DNA of 64,000 bases from Bacillota bacterium (GCA_023430885.1 JAEYYH010000026.1:19599-83598), one strand, 5' to 3'. Positions 17,145 through 27,406 are shown, counted from the stretch's first letter. The notes: a model not told the origin generated them from the sequence alone. Numbers and translations are program-made.

Positions 17145-19736
17145 GTGGAAAAAATAATATTAGTTGATGGTAATAATTTGCTTTTTAGAAGTTATTATGC
17201 AACAGCCTATAATGGTAATTTTATGAAAAATAGTAAAGGTTTTCCAACCAATGGATTATTTGGTTTTGTTAATATGATAAATAAAATTATATTAGAAGAA
17301 AAACCAATATATATGATAGTTGCTTTTGATAAAGGAAAAACTTTTAGACATGACAAATATGATTCTTATAAGGGTGGAAGAATTGAAACACCAGAAGAAT
17401 TGAAATTACAATTTCCAGTTGCCAAAGAACTTCTTACATGTATGGGGATAAAGTATTACGAAATAGATAATTATGAAGCAGATGATATTATAGGAACATT
17501 TGCTGAATATTGCAATAAAGATAGTGACTATATAGGAACTATTATAAGTAGTGATAAGGATTTATTACAACTTATAAGCAGTGATGTAGATATAAAGCTA
17601 TTAAAAATGAAAGACTATATTCGCTATGATGAAAAATCATTTAAAGAGGAATATGGTATAGATCCAATTAGAGTAGTTGATTTAAAAGCTTTAATGGGCG
17701 ATAGTTCTGATAATATACCAGGAGTAAAAGGAATAGGAGAGAAAACGGCTTTAAAACTTTTACAAGAATATAAATCTTTAGATAGTATTTATGAAAATAT
17801 TGATAATATTAAAGGTGCTGTAAAAGATAAACTTATAAATGATAAAGAAAATGCATATATGAGTTATGATCTTGCTACGATAGTAAGAGATGTTCCAGTT
17901 GAAATAGATTTAAATGACATAAAATATACTGGACCAAAACATGAATTATTAAATAAGATGTATGAAAATTTAGAATTTTATTCATTTTTAAAAAGAGATA
18001 CTGTTAAAGTTGAAAATATAAAACCAATAGATATAAAAGTAATAAAAAACATTAATGAAATTAATATTACTAAACCATGTTCTATATATTTAGAATTGTT
18101 GGGTACTAATTATCACGACGCAGAAATACTTGGTATGGCAGTATATAATTGTGAAGATAGTTTTTATGTACCATTCAGTTTATTAAAAGACGCTTTGAAA
18201 AAAATTGATGAAATTGATAAGTATACATATGATTTAAAGAAAACATATGTGGCATTAAAAAAACAAAATTTAGAAATAAACAATATTATTTTTGATACAA
18301 TGCTTGCTGCATATTTGTTAGATTATAATGTTAAAGACGATATTGCTTATGTTGCCAATAATTTTGATGCTGACATTGCGTTTTATGAAAAAATCTATGG
18401 TAAAAATAATAAATTATCTAAACCATCTGACGATATAATTGCCTATAATACTATAATGAAAGCAAAGTTTATATATGAAACGTATGATAATTTTTATGAC
18501 AAATTGTTTAATGAAAAAGAACTTAATTTGCTTGAACAAATAGAAATGCCTCTTAGTTATGTTCTTGGTGATATGGAATATGATGGTGTATGTGTTAATA
18601 TTGATACGCTTGATCAAATGGGAGAAGAAATTAAAATTAAATTAGATTTGCTAAGTAATGACATATATAATTATGCAGGAGTTAAATTTAATATATCTTC
18701 ACCTTCACAACTAGGAGAAGTACTATTTGAAACATTAAGTTTACCACATGGTAAAAAATTAAAAACAGGTTATTCAACTTCAGTAGATGTACTTGAAAAA
18801 TTAAAAGGGAAACATCCAATAATAGATTTAATTATGGAATATAGAACGCTATCCAAGTTATATTCAACATATATAGAAGGTTTAAAACCTTGCATAGCTA
18901 CAGATGGCAAAATACATACAATATATACGCAAGCAACAACAAGAACGGGAAGACTTTCCTCAATTGAACCAAATCTTCAAAATATACCTATTAGATATGA
19001 ATATGGAAGATTAATTAGAAAAGCTTTTGTACCAAGAGAAAATAGTATTATATTAAGTGGTGATTATTCACAAATTGAACTTAGAATTCTTTCACATATG
19101 GCAAATGTCGAAACTCTTATAGATGCATTTAAACATGGTATTGATATACATACAAAAACAGCCAGTGACATATTCAAAGTCGACATTGATAATGTTACTA
19201 AAAATCAGCGAAGACTTGCGAAAGCTGTTAATTTTGGTATAATTTATGGAATAAGTCCTTATGGATTATCAGAAAACACAGGAATATCAATGGCAGAAGC
19301 AAAAGAGTTTATTGATAATTATTTTGCATCTTACCCAGGGATAAAAGAATATATGGATTCTACTATAAAAGAAGCATATGAAAAAAAATATGTTACAACA
19401 CTTTTAAATAGAAAAAGAGTAATTGCTGAACTTTCTAATTCCAATTACATGATAAGACAACAAGGAGAAAGAATTGCTCTTAATACTCCTATTCAAGGAA
19501 CAAGTGCAGATATAATAAAAAAAGCAATGGTGGAAATACATAAAGCTTTTAAAACAAATAATATTAAAAGTAAGTTAATTATTCAGGTACACGATGAACT
19601 TGTTCTTGATGTAGTAAAAGATGAACAACAAAAAGTTACAGAAATAATTACTGATATAATGGAAAATACATTTAAACTAAATGTTCCATTAAAAGTTGAT
19701 ATAGAGTATGGTAATAATTGGTATGAAGCAAAGTAG
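17145..19736 (+). CDS. polA: DNA polymerase I (5'-3' exonuclease plus Klenow-like polymerase), GTG start
   Basis: RBS AGGAGG 8 nt upstream of GTG. N-terminal 5'-nuclease (ILVDGNNLLFRSYYA), polymerase motifs RRLAKAVNFGIIYG and QVHDELV. Confidence 0.9.
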   Translation: MEKIILVDGNNLLFRSYYATAYNGNFMKNSKGFPTNGLFGFVNMINKIILEEKPIYMIVAFDKGKTFRHDKYDSYKGGRIETPEELKLQFPVAKELLTCMGIKYYEIDNYEADDIIGTFAEYCNKDSDYIGTIISSDKDLLQLISSDVDIKLLKMKDYIRYDEKSFKEEYGIDPIRVVDLKALMGDSSDNIPGVKGIGEKTALKLLQEYKSLDSIYENIDNIKGAVKDKLINDKENAYMSYDLATIVRDVPVEIDLNDIKYTGPKHELLNKMYENLEFYSFLKRDTVKVENIKPIDIKVIKNINEINITKPCSIYLELLGTNYHDAEILGMAVYNCEDSFYVPFSLLKDALKKIDEIDKYTYDLKKTYVALKKQNLEINNIIFDTMLAAYLLDYNVKDDIAYVANNFDADIAFYEKIYGKNNKLSKPSDDIIAYNTIMKAKFIYETYDNFYDKLFNEKELNLLEQIEMPLSYVLGDMEYDGVCVNIDTLDQMGEEIKIKLDLLSNDIYNYAGVKFNISSPSQLGEVLFETLSLPHGKKLKTGYSTSVDVLEKLKGKHPIIDLIMEYRTLSKLYSTYIEGLKPCIATDGKIHTIYTQATTRTGRLSSIEPNLQNIPIRYEYGRLIRKAFVPRENSIILSGDYSQIELRILSHMANVETLIDAFKHGIDIHTKTASDIFKVDIDNVTKNQRRLAKAVNFGIIYGISPYGLSENTGISMAEAKEFIDNYFASYPGIKEYMDSTIKEAYEKKYVTTLLNRKRVIAELSNSNYMIRQQGERIALNTPIQGTSADIIKKAMVEIHKAFKTNNIKSKLIIQVHDELVLDVVKDEQQKVTEIITDIMENTFKLNVPLKVDIEYGNNWYEAK

Positions 19737-19749
19737 GTAGGGGTGTAAT

Positions 19750-20184
19750 ATGTTTAAATCTATATTATATTCAATAAGATATATTTTATTAATAGTATTA
19801 TTTTACTATATATTACAGTTAAAGATTATATATAACCTAAATGTATTAATGATAGCGATAATTCCAGTGAATTTTCTAGCTATTCATTATGGCATACTAT
19901 ATCAAATAAAAAAAGATAATTATGTAACAAAAAATTATATTCTTATGTCATTACTTATATTTACTTCTTTATTTAATGTGATTTTTCTATCATTAAATAA
20001 AGTTAATATGATTGTTATTGTATTTACAATATTTGTCAATGCATTAGAACTAATGTATTTAGATCTACCATCAAATAATAAGATAATAATTAATAAAAAG
20101 AATATAAATAATAAGCCTAAAGATACAAATGATAGAGAAGTAACAGTAATTGAATTTGACAAGAAAAAGAAAAACAAAAAATAG
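19750..20184 (+). CDS. Small polytopic membrane protein, K/N-rich C-terminus (hypothetical)
   Basis: Four hydrophobic segments; no recognisable motif. Confidence 0.35.
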   Translation: MFKSILYSIRYILLIVLFYYILQLKIIYNLNVLMIAIIPVNFLAIHYGILYQIKKDNYVTKNYILMSLLIFTSLFNVIFLSLNKVNMIVIVFTIFVNALELMYLDLPSNNKIIINKKNINNKPKDTNDREVTVIEFDKKKKNKK

Positions 20185-20266
20185 TTTTTCTTTTTTTCAC
20201 TAAACTTTCACTTTATAAATTTTACTATTACACTATATAATGTTATAATTACTTGGTGGTGATATT

Positions 20267-22081
20267 ATGTTTAAAAAAGAAAAAAGAATTAAAGATACAA
20301 AAGAAAAGAAGATAAATATTAATATAATTCTTGCGATTATATTAGTTTTGTCTTCTTTAATGTTATCTGGATTAGTTATATATGCTAACATATTTCCAAT
20401 AAAGTATTTAGCTCCAGCAATAATTATCTTGATAATTATGGTTGGTATAATTGTGTTTAAATTATTATCTAAAAAGACAAGAAAAAAAAGAAAAAACGTC
20501 CTTTATATATTATCTATATTGTTAAGTGTTATTTTTTTTATTGCTAGTTTTTTTGTAGCAAAAACAAAAATACTTTTAAATAGCAGTAATATTGATTATA
20601 AAACGCATAATTATTCTGTCATAGTATTAAATGATAGTAAATACTCAAATTTAAATGATTTGGAAAATGCAAGTATGGGCTATTTTGACAATGGTGCTGA
20701 AGGACTGAACGAGTCAATAAAAAAAATAGAAGATCAAATTGATGTTAGTATGGTTCCATATACTAATTTAGAAGAATTAGGTTATGCAGTATTATCAGGA
20801 GAAGTTGATTCTATAATTGTAGAGGATTCTTATAAAAGTATTCTAGATAATGAAGAAGATAATAGTGATAGATTGGAAAATTTTAAATCTCTAACTAAGA
20901 CAATATATAATTTTAGTATAAAAATTAAACAGGAAGATATAAGCAAGGATGTTGATGTAACAGATAAAACATTTGCAATATACATAAGTGGAATAGATAC
21001 ATATGGTGATATATCTTCTGTTTCATGTAGTGATGTAAATATGTTGCTTGTTGTTAATCCAAAAACTCATCAAATACTTATGGTTTCTATACCAAGAGAT
21101 TACTATGTTCAATTACATGGAACAACCGGTAATAAAGATAAATTAACACATGCTGGCAGTTACGGAATAGAAATGTCTATTCAAACTATTGAAGATTTAC
21201 TTGATATGAATATTAATTATTATGTTAAAGTTAATTTTACAAGTTTAATTGATATAGTGGATGCTTTAGGTGGCGTTGAAGTTTATTCAGAATATACATT
21301 TACTTCAATAGAAGGCTATAGTTATACAGCAGGATACAATAGTGTTGATGGAATACAAGCATTATGGTTTGCTAGAGAAAGAAAAGCTTTCTTAGATGGC
21401 GATAGACAAAGAGGAAGAAATCAACAAGCACTCATTGATGCTATATTTAGAAAAGCGACAAGTAAATCAGTTATAACAAAATATAATAGTTTACTAAATG
21501 GAATAAAGGGTAGTTTTGTTACTAATATGAGTGTAGACAGAATAACCGCATTAATAAAAATGCAGTTATCTGATAATGCAAAATGGACTATTACTTCAAC
21601 AAGTTTAGATGGTACAGATAGTTCTAATTACACTTATACATATAGCAACCAATTACTCTATGTTATGGAACCTAATATGGATAGTGTGGAAGCAGCTAAA
21701 TCAATGATAAATCAGGTTTACAATGGTGAAAAGTTAACAGCTTCTTATGAAGATACTAGTAGTGATGTTCATGATGTACAAAAGTATGATCCTATATATT
21801 ATCCAGAAGAAAATACTACTCCGGAAGAAAAACCAGTGATTACAACATATACAGTTAATTTTGATAGTACTGGTGGTAGCAGTGTAGCTAATCAAACTAT
21901 TGAAGAAGGTAAGATTGTGGTAGAGCCTATAGATCCAATCAAAGACGGATATACTTTCTTTGGTTGGTATGATGAAGCAGGAAAATTATATGATTTTACT
22001 AGTACAGTTTCGAAAAATATGACATTAACAGCCCAGTGGGAAGTAGCAGTAATAGAAGAAGAGCCTGTTACAACTCCTTAG
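20267..22081 (+). CDS. LytR-CpsA-Psr (LCP) family cell-wall glycopolymer transferase with a C-terminal Listeria-Bacteroides repeat domain
   Basis: LCP core HAGSYGIEMSIQTIEDLLDMNINYYVKVNFTSLIDIVDALGGVEV. C-terminal YTVNFDSTGGS...DGYTFFGWYDEAGKLYDF...TLTAQW repeat. Confidence 0.8.
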   Translation: MFKKEKRIKDTKEKKININIILAIILVLSSLMLSGLVIYANIFPIKYLAPAIIILIIMVGIIVFKLLSKKTRKKRKNVLYILSILLSVIFFIASFFVAKTKILLNSSNIDYKTHNYSVIVLNDSKYSNLNDLENASMGYFDNGAEGLNESIKKIEDQIDVSMVPYTNLEELGYAVLSGEVDSIIVEDSYKSILDNEEDNSDRLENFKSLTKTIYNFSIKIKQEDISKDVDVTDKTFAIYISGIDTYGDISSVSCSDVNMLLVVNPKTHQILMVSIPRDYYVQLHGTTGNKDKLTHAGSYGIEMSIQTIEDLLDMNINYYVKVNFTSLIDIVDALGGVEVYSEYTFTSIEGYSYTAGYNSVDGIQALWFARERKAFLDGDRQRGRNQQALIDAIFRKATSKSVITKYNSLLNGIKGSFVTNMSVDRITALIKMQLSDNAKWTITSTSLDGTDSSNYTYTYSNQLLYVMEPNMDSVEAAKSMINQVYNGEKLTASYEDTSSDVHDVQKYDPIYYPEENTTPEEKPVITTYTVNFDSTGGSSVANQTIEEGKIVVEPIDPIKDGYTFFGWYDEAGKLYDFTSTVSKNMTLTAQWEVAVIEEEPVTTP

Positions 22082-22085
22082 TATA

Positions 22086-22118
22086 AAAAAATAGAGTACG
22101 TTATGTACTCTATTTTTG
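22086..22118. terminator. Bidirectional rho-independent terminator between the convergent LCP and helicase genes
   Basis: AAAAAAATAGAGTACGTTATGTACTCTATTTTTG: perfect 9-bp stem flanked by A-run and T-run. Confidence 0.55.
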
Positions 22119-23714
22119 ATTCTTAGCAACTTCTGCTCTTATTGTTCTACCATTTAAAACAGTATTATGAATCTTCTTCATAAATGTTTTAACTTCTTTT
22201 GTTGAAACATCTAAGAAAGTAAATTTAGTTAATATCTCAATATTATTGAAACAATCTTTATCAATTCCAGTTTCTTTTTTCATGAAATCAAGTAAAGTTC
22301 CTCTTTTTAAATCATCTAATTTACCAATTGTTAAGAAAACTCTTGTAGAATTAGGATTAGTATTTCTATTCCTATTTCTATCTCCGCGTCTTTCTTCCTT
22401 AATAGTTAAATCTTTATTAAAATCTGAACCTATTTTATCATCTACACTTACCTTAAGAAGTGCAGCTGCAAGTTTCATAAGATCGTCTTTATTAAAATCT
22501 CTAACATATTCTAAAGCTTCATCATATTTTTTATTTGCTATAATTTCTTCAGCATTTGCTAAAGTTTTAGCATATTTGCTTTTAATTATATCTTCTTTGT
22601 TAGGAAGTTCTTTTCTTTCAATAGTTGATTTAGTGAATTTAGCTAAACCATTAAAGAATCCCATTTCTCTGTTACTTACAAAACTAATAGCTTCACCAAC
22701 AGCATCAGCTCTACCTGTACGTCCAATTCTGTGAACATAAGATTCAAAGTCTTGAGGTAAGTTATAGTTAATTACTAAATCTATATTATCAACATGTATA
22801 CCACGAGCTGCTACATCAGTTGCAATTAAAATATTAAATGCGTCATTTTTAAATCTATCAAGTGTTTGAATACGCATACTTTGTACGATATCACCATGCA
22901 TAACTTCAGCACTATAATTTCTTACGGATAATTCTTTTAATAGATTATCGCATTGCATTTTAGTTTGGCAAAAAATAATTATTCTTTTTGTATCTTTTAA
23001 ATCTATAACTCTACATATTGCTTCAATACGTATTTTTTCATTAACTACATAGTAATATTGCTTTACATTTGCAGCAGTTCTTGTTTTAGATTCTATCTCA
23101 ATATGTTGATAATCAGGTTTCATATACTTTTTAGCTATATTTTCAATTTCTTTTGGCATAGTAGCAGAAAGTAATAAAACTTGCTTATCTTTATTTGTTT
23201 GCTTAAATATACTTTCTATATCTTCTAAGAAACCCATGTTAAGCATTTCATCAGCTTCGTCAAGTACGAAAAACTCTAGTGTTTCAATATTTAAAGCTTT
23301 TCTTCTCATTAAATCCATTACTCTACCTGGAGTACCAACAACTATATCTACACCTTTTTTTAGTGCTCTTAGTTGTAATTCAATACTGCTTCCACCAAAT
23401 ACTGGAAGTATATTAAAGTTACTTGATTTATTAAGTGTTTCAAATTCTTCACTTACTTGGAGTGCAAGTTCTCTAGTAGGTGTAAGAACGATTGCTCTTA
23501 TTACATTTGTTTTAACATCTATTTTAGATAATACACTAGCAGCATATGCTAAAGTTTTACCTGTTCCTGTTTGAGCTTGTCCAATTACATCATATCCGTC
23601 CATTATGATAGGGATAAGCTCCTCTTGAATTTTACTAGGTTTAGTAAATCCTAAAGTGTCAATTGACTTTAGTACATTGCTAGATAAACCTAGATTTTTA
23701 AAATCATTATTCAT
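22110..23714 (-). CDS. DEAD-box ATP-dependent RNA helicase with C-terminal DbpA-type RNA-binding domain
   Basis: Q-motif, AQTGTGKT, PTRELA, DEAD, SAT, HRIGRTGR motifs. C-terminal TRVFLTIGKLDDLKRGTLLDFM (DbpA RBD). Confidence 0.88.
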   Translation of the reverse strand: MNNDFKNLGLSSNVLKSIDTLGFTKPSKIQEELIPIIMDGYDVIGQAQTGTGKTLAYAASVLSKIDVKTNVIRAIVLTPTRELALQVSEEFETLNKSSNFNILPVFGGSSIELQLRALKKGVDIVVGTPGRVMDLMRRKALNIETLEFFVLDEADEMLNMGFLEDIESIFKQTNKDKQVLLLSATMPKEIENIAKKYMKPDYQHIEIESKTRTAANVKQYYYVVNEKIRIEAICRVIDLKDTKRIIIFCQTKMQCDNLLKELSVRNYSAEVMHGDIVQSMRIQTLDRFKNDAFNILIATDVAARGIHVDNIDLVINYNLPQDFESYVHRIGRTGRADAVGEAISFVSNREMGFFNGLAKFTKSTIERKELPNKEDIIKSKYAKTLANAEEIIANKKYDEALEYVRDFNKDDLMKLAAALLKVSVDDKIGSDFNKDLTIKEERRGDRNRNRNTNPNSTRVFLTIGKLDDLKRGTLLDFMKKETGIDKDCFNNIEILTKFTFLDVSTKEVKTFMKKIHNTVLNGRTIRAEVAKNQK

Positions 23715-23769
23715 ATTTTTCCTCTTTTTTCTAAATCCGCTAGTTGATTATACTATAAAATCAAAATAT

Positions 23770-23800
23770 TAGCAACTTGTTTTCATATTATTATTGATAA
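23770..23800 (+). promoter_or_regulatory. Sigma-E-like sporulation promoter candidate upstream of spoIVA (ATATT - 13 nt - CATATTAT)
   Basis: Resembles the Bacillus sigma-E consensus kmATATT-14-CATACAmT. spoIVA is sigma-E dependent in B. subtilis. Confidence 0.25.
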
Positions 23801-23834
23801 TACATATATTTAAATGAAAGAAAGTAGGGATTAA

Positions 23835-25310
23835 ATGGATAAAAGTGATATTTTAAGAAGTATAACGCAAAGAACTAATGGAGATATATACTTAGGTGTT
23901 GTAGGTGCTGTAAGAACTGGTAAGAGCACTTTTATAAAAAAAGTTATAGAAAATCTTGTTGTTCCTAATATTCAAGATGAGTATGAAAGAAAAAGATGTT
24001 TAGATGAAATACCGCAAAGTGCTCAAGGCAAGACTATAATGACTACGGAGCCTAAGTTTGTGCCTAGTAATTCGGCCAATATTAATATTGACAATTTTAC
24101 GGCTAATATACGACTAGTTGATTGTGTAGGGTATGTTATTCCGAGTGCTAAAGGTTATGAAGATGAGAACGGTCCAAGAATGGTTAAAACACCATGGTAT
24201 GATGAACAAATTCCTTTTGTAGAAGCTGCAGAAATAGGAACAGAAAAAGTCATAAAAGATCATTCTACCATTGGGATTGTTGTTACGACAGATGGTTCAA
24301 TTGGTGAAATATCTAGAGATAATTATGTAGAAGCAGAAACAAGAGTTATAAATGAATTAAAAGAATATGGTAAGCCTTTTATTGTTATACTTAATAGTGT
24401 TCATCCAATGCTTCCAGAAACAGAGAGAATAGCTGAAAGTTTAAAATTGTCTCATGATGTGCCAGTGCTTCCAATAAATATAGAGAACATGAGCGAAAGA
24501 GATATATATACTATATTAAAAGAAGCATTATATGAATTTCCAATTAACGAAGTAAAAGTAAGTATGCCAGATTGGATAGGATGCTTATCGCCAAGTAATT
24601 GGTTAAAGAAAATTTATATTGATAAAATTAGAGAAAGTGTTACAAGTGTAAACAAATTAAAAGATGTTGACACAATAAATGGTCATTTTACAGATTGTGA
24701 ATATATTAGTAGGTCTTATTTATCTGAAGTTAATTCATCAAATGGAGAAGTAACTATAAATTTAGAAGCCCCAGATGAATTATATTCTAAAGTACTTAAT
24801 GAAATAATACCAGTTAATATAAATAGTAAAATGCAAATGTTAAAATTATTTCAAGATTATAACGAAACAAAGATTGAATTTGAGCAGTTCAAGTCAGCTT
24901 TGAAAATGGTTAAACAAACAGGTTATGGAGTAGCATCACCAACACTTCTTGATATGAAATTAGATAAACCAGAAATAGTAAAACAAGGAAATAGATACGG
25001 CATAAAATTAAAAGCTGTAGCACCAGCTATTCACATGATTAGAGTTGATGTTGAAAGTACTTTTGAACCTATAATTGGATCAGAATTACAGAGTAAAGAA
25101 TTAATTAATTACTTGATGAAAGATTATGACACAAATCCTAATAATATCTGGAAAAGTGAACTATTTGGTAGAAGTTTAGATTCAATAGTAAAAGAAGGAA
25201 TACAAGCAAAACTTGCTTTAATGCCAGATAACATTAGATTTAAATTACAACAAACATTAACTAAATTAGTTAATAAAGGTTCAGGAAATTTATTTGCAAT
25301 TGTATTATAA
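23835..25310 (+). CDS. spoIVA: Stage IV sporulation protein A (spore coat basement-layer ATPase)
   Basis: N-terminus DIYLGVVGAVRTGKSTFIKK is near-identical to B. subtilis SpoIVA. About 491 aa. Confidence 0.9.
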   Translation: MDKSDILRSITQRTNGDIYLGVVGAVRTGKSTFIKKVIENLVVPNIQDEYERKRCLDEIPQSAQGKTIMTTEPKFVPSNSANINIDNFTANIRLVDCVGYVIPSAKGYEDENGPRMVKTPWYDEQIPFVEAAEIGTEKVIKDHSTIGIVVTTDGSIGEISRDNYVEAETRVINELKEYGKPFIVILNSVHPMLPETERIAESLKLSHDVPVLPINIENMSERDIYTILKEALYEFPINEVKVSMPDWIGCLSPSNWLKKIYIDKIRESVTSVNKLKDVDTINGHFTDCEYISRSYLSEVNSSNGEVTINLEAPDELYSKVLNEIIPVNINSKMQMLKLFQDYNETKIEFEQFKSALKMVKQTGYGVASPTLLDMKLDKPEIVKQGNRYGIKLKAVAPAIHMIRVDVESTFEPIIGSELQSKELINYLMKDYDTNPNNIWKSELFGRSLDSIVKEGIQAKLALMPDNIRFKLQQTLTKLVNKGSGNLFAIVL

Positions 25311-25312
25311 GG

Positions 25313-25345
25313 TATAAAATATAAAATTTTATACTTTTTATTTTT
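25313..25345 (+). terminator. Rho-independent terminator after spoIVA
   Basis: GTATAAAATATAAAATTTTATAC perfect 9-bp stem followed by TTTTTATTTTTTT. Confidence 0.5.
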
Positions 25346-25382
25346 TTACAAAAAAGAATATGTTATAATGTACTAGTAAGGA

Positions 25383-25853
25383 ATGATAAATATGAAAAAC
25401 TATAATATAAAGAAAGTGATTTTTTACGCATTTACTTTTTGTGTAATGCTATTTGTAGGTTCAAATAGTGTATTAGCCGATGGCAATCTAACTACCACAT
25501 ATATACAGTGTGGTAATAATACATTTCCAGCTCCAGTAGCTGCAATAATACGTACAATAATTTTACTTTTACAAATTATTATTCCAATTGGGATAGTCAT
25601 TATGGGAAGCCTAGACTTCTTAAAGGCAGTGATTGCTGGTGACTCTGATAAAATGAAGAAAAATCAAAAAAGATTTATCTCTAGATTAATAGCAGGAGCT
25701 ATTACATTTTTTGTATTTGTTATAGTGAAATTTGTAGTTTCTATGGCTGCTGATTCAGGAGCCTCACAAAGTTTTACTACATGTTTAGATTGCTTAATAA
25801 ACGATGAAGGAAGCTGTAACACAGTAGCTACTTCTCCTTTTGAATCAAATTAA
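25383..25853 (+). CDS. Small secreted/membrane protein (hypothetical), signal peptide plus two internal hydrophobic segments
   Basis: Signal-like VIFYAFTFCVMLFVGSNSVLADG and Cys-rich C-terminus. No known motif. Confidence 0.35.
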   Translation: MINMKNYNIKKVIFYAFTFCVMLFVGSNSVLADGNLTTTYIQCGNNTFPAPVAAIIRTIILLLQIIIPIGIVIMGSLDFLKAVIAGDSDKMKKNQKRFISRLIAGAITFFVFVIVKFVVSMAADSGASQSFTTCLDCLINDEGSCNTVATSPFESN

Positions 25854-25925
25854 TAGTTGATAATAATCAAATAAATGTAAAATGTTTCTTTTTGTCATTA
25901 GGTTTACATTTGCTACTTGGTATAA

Positions 25926-25953
25926 TTGACATTATCTTAAAATAAAGTATAAT
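25926..25953 (+). promoter_or_regulatory. Sigma-A promoter candidate (TTGACA-16-TATAAT) for the downstream Zn-ribbon membrane protein gene
   Basis: Motifs read directly; an additional TGgTATAAT lies just upstream. Confidence 0.4.
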
Positions 25954-25994
25954 ATTAAATAGAATAAATAGATAAATAGGAAGGGTGTTTAAAA

Positions 25995-27374
25995 ATGAAT
26001 TGTAATAAGTGTGGAACTCCAATTTTGCCAGGCGAAAACTCTTGTCGTTTTTGTGGTACTATTGGTGACTATTCAAAAAGAACTCATGAAGAAACAAAAC
26101 CAGAAATAATAGATTTTACTACAGGCGATGACGATGTAGTTATTATAGATGATGAACCAGAAAAAATAGAAAGTATACCAGTAATTAAACCTGTTAGTGC
26201 TCCAGTAGTGCCAACAATTTCAAGGCAAGAAATGGTAGCAGCCCCAGTCCAAATGCCAACGCCAGTAGTTAGAGAGACAGTAGTAAGTACTCCTACTCCT
26301 GCACCGACAGTATTACCAGTTAATAATACTGCTGTTCCTAAAGTGGAAATTCCTGTTAGTATTCCAACAGTTAGTATTCCAGTAGTTACTCCAATTGTTA
26401 GTGAACCAGTTCCAGCAGTTGTAAAGCAAGCTCCTGTTATTCCAATTGTTTCAAATATAGAAGCAGAACCAATTCCTGTAATTAAAAAGGAAGAAGTAAT
26501 TACTCCTATAGTAAAAACACAAATAGATAATCCAACAGTAGATCAAGCTACTCCAGTAGTTTCAGTAGAATCGAATTCAGTTCCTACTGCTGTTTCAGCG
26601 TCTACTCCAGTATTAGTTACAAAAACTGATTCAAAAGAATCAAAAGAAGATTTAATAAGTGAGATTGTAACTCCAGTTGTAGAAGATAAGAAAGAAGCTA
26701 AAGAAAAGAAGAACACTCATGGATTATTCAATATAGTAACTTTTATATTAATAGTATTATTATTAATTTCAGTAATAGCTAATTGCTTTTTACTAATGGG
26801 AAACAGTAAAGAAAATCAAGAGGTGGACGATACTCCAGTAGTTAGTACTACTAATCAAACTATATATTTTAATGGTTATAAAGTAGAAGTTCCAAGTAAT
26901 TGGATAACTACTACTAATAAAGATGTAAATTATATTACATTAATGGACAGCACTGAAAATTGGGCATTTACTTTAAATGTGGCACCAAATACTAATGCAA
27001 GTGCTATTAGTGATAAAACAAGTATTGAAAATATTACAAAGGCATTTGGATCTAACAAATATTTATTTACTAGTGATTATTCTAAAACAGTTGATGGTAA
27101 AGATTTTTATATATTTAAAGGTAAATATTATGACTATAGTGTATATATAATAACTTCAAGTTTAGATAGTACAAATGCAGTTATAGCCGATTTAAAGTTT
27201 AAGGGTGAAGTGGATGATGAAGTTTTAACTAATGTTTTAAGTTCATTAACTACATTAAGTATTAAAGATTTGACAACTTTTTATAAAAATGATTTTAGTT
27301 TTGGAGATATTGCTTCATTAGTAACAAGTAATATTAATGTACCAACTACTACAAATACAGGAGGAAATGAATAA
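25995..27374 (+). CDS. Zn-ribbon / Pro-Val-rich linker / single-TM / extracellular-domain protein (hypothetical, signalling-like topology)
   Basis: N-terminus CNKCGTPILPGENSCRFCG. About 130-aa P/V/T-rich linker. TM LFNIVTFILIVLLLISVIANCFLLM. About 190-aa extracellular domain. Confidence 0.45.
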   Translation: MNCNKCGTPILPGENSCRFCGTIGDYSKRTHEETKPEIIDFTTGDDDVVIIDDEPEKIESIPVIKPVSAPVVPTISRQEMVAAPVQMPTPVVRETVVSTPTPAPTVLPVNNTAVPKVEIPVSIPTVSIPVVTPIVSEPVPAVVKQAPVIPIVSNIEAEPIPVIKKEEVITPIVKTQIDNPTVDQATPVVSVESNSVPTAVSASTPVLVTKTDSKESKEDLISEIVTPVVEDKKEAKEKKNTHGLFNIVTFILIVLLLISVIANCFLLMGNSKENQEVDDTPVVSTTNQTIYFNGYKVEVPSNWITTTNKDVNYITLMDSTENWAFTLNVAPNTNASAISDKTSIENITKAFGSNKYLFTSDYSKTVDGKDFYIFKGKYYDYSVYIITSSLDSTNAVIADLKFKGEVDDEVLTNVLSSLTTLSIKDLTTFYKNDFSFGDIASLVTSNINVPTTTNTGGNE

Positions 27375-27406
27375 TTTCCTTTTTTTTATAATTTTTTAAA
27401 AGGTAT

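Noticed and set aside
22246-23574. Plus-strand ORFs (162 aa and 112 aa) overlapping the DEAD-box helicase gene
   Set aside because: The helicase on the minus strand has all conserved motifs. The plus-strand ORFs are Ser/Leu-rich antisense artifacts.
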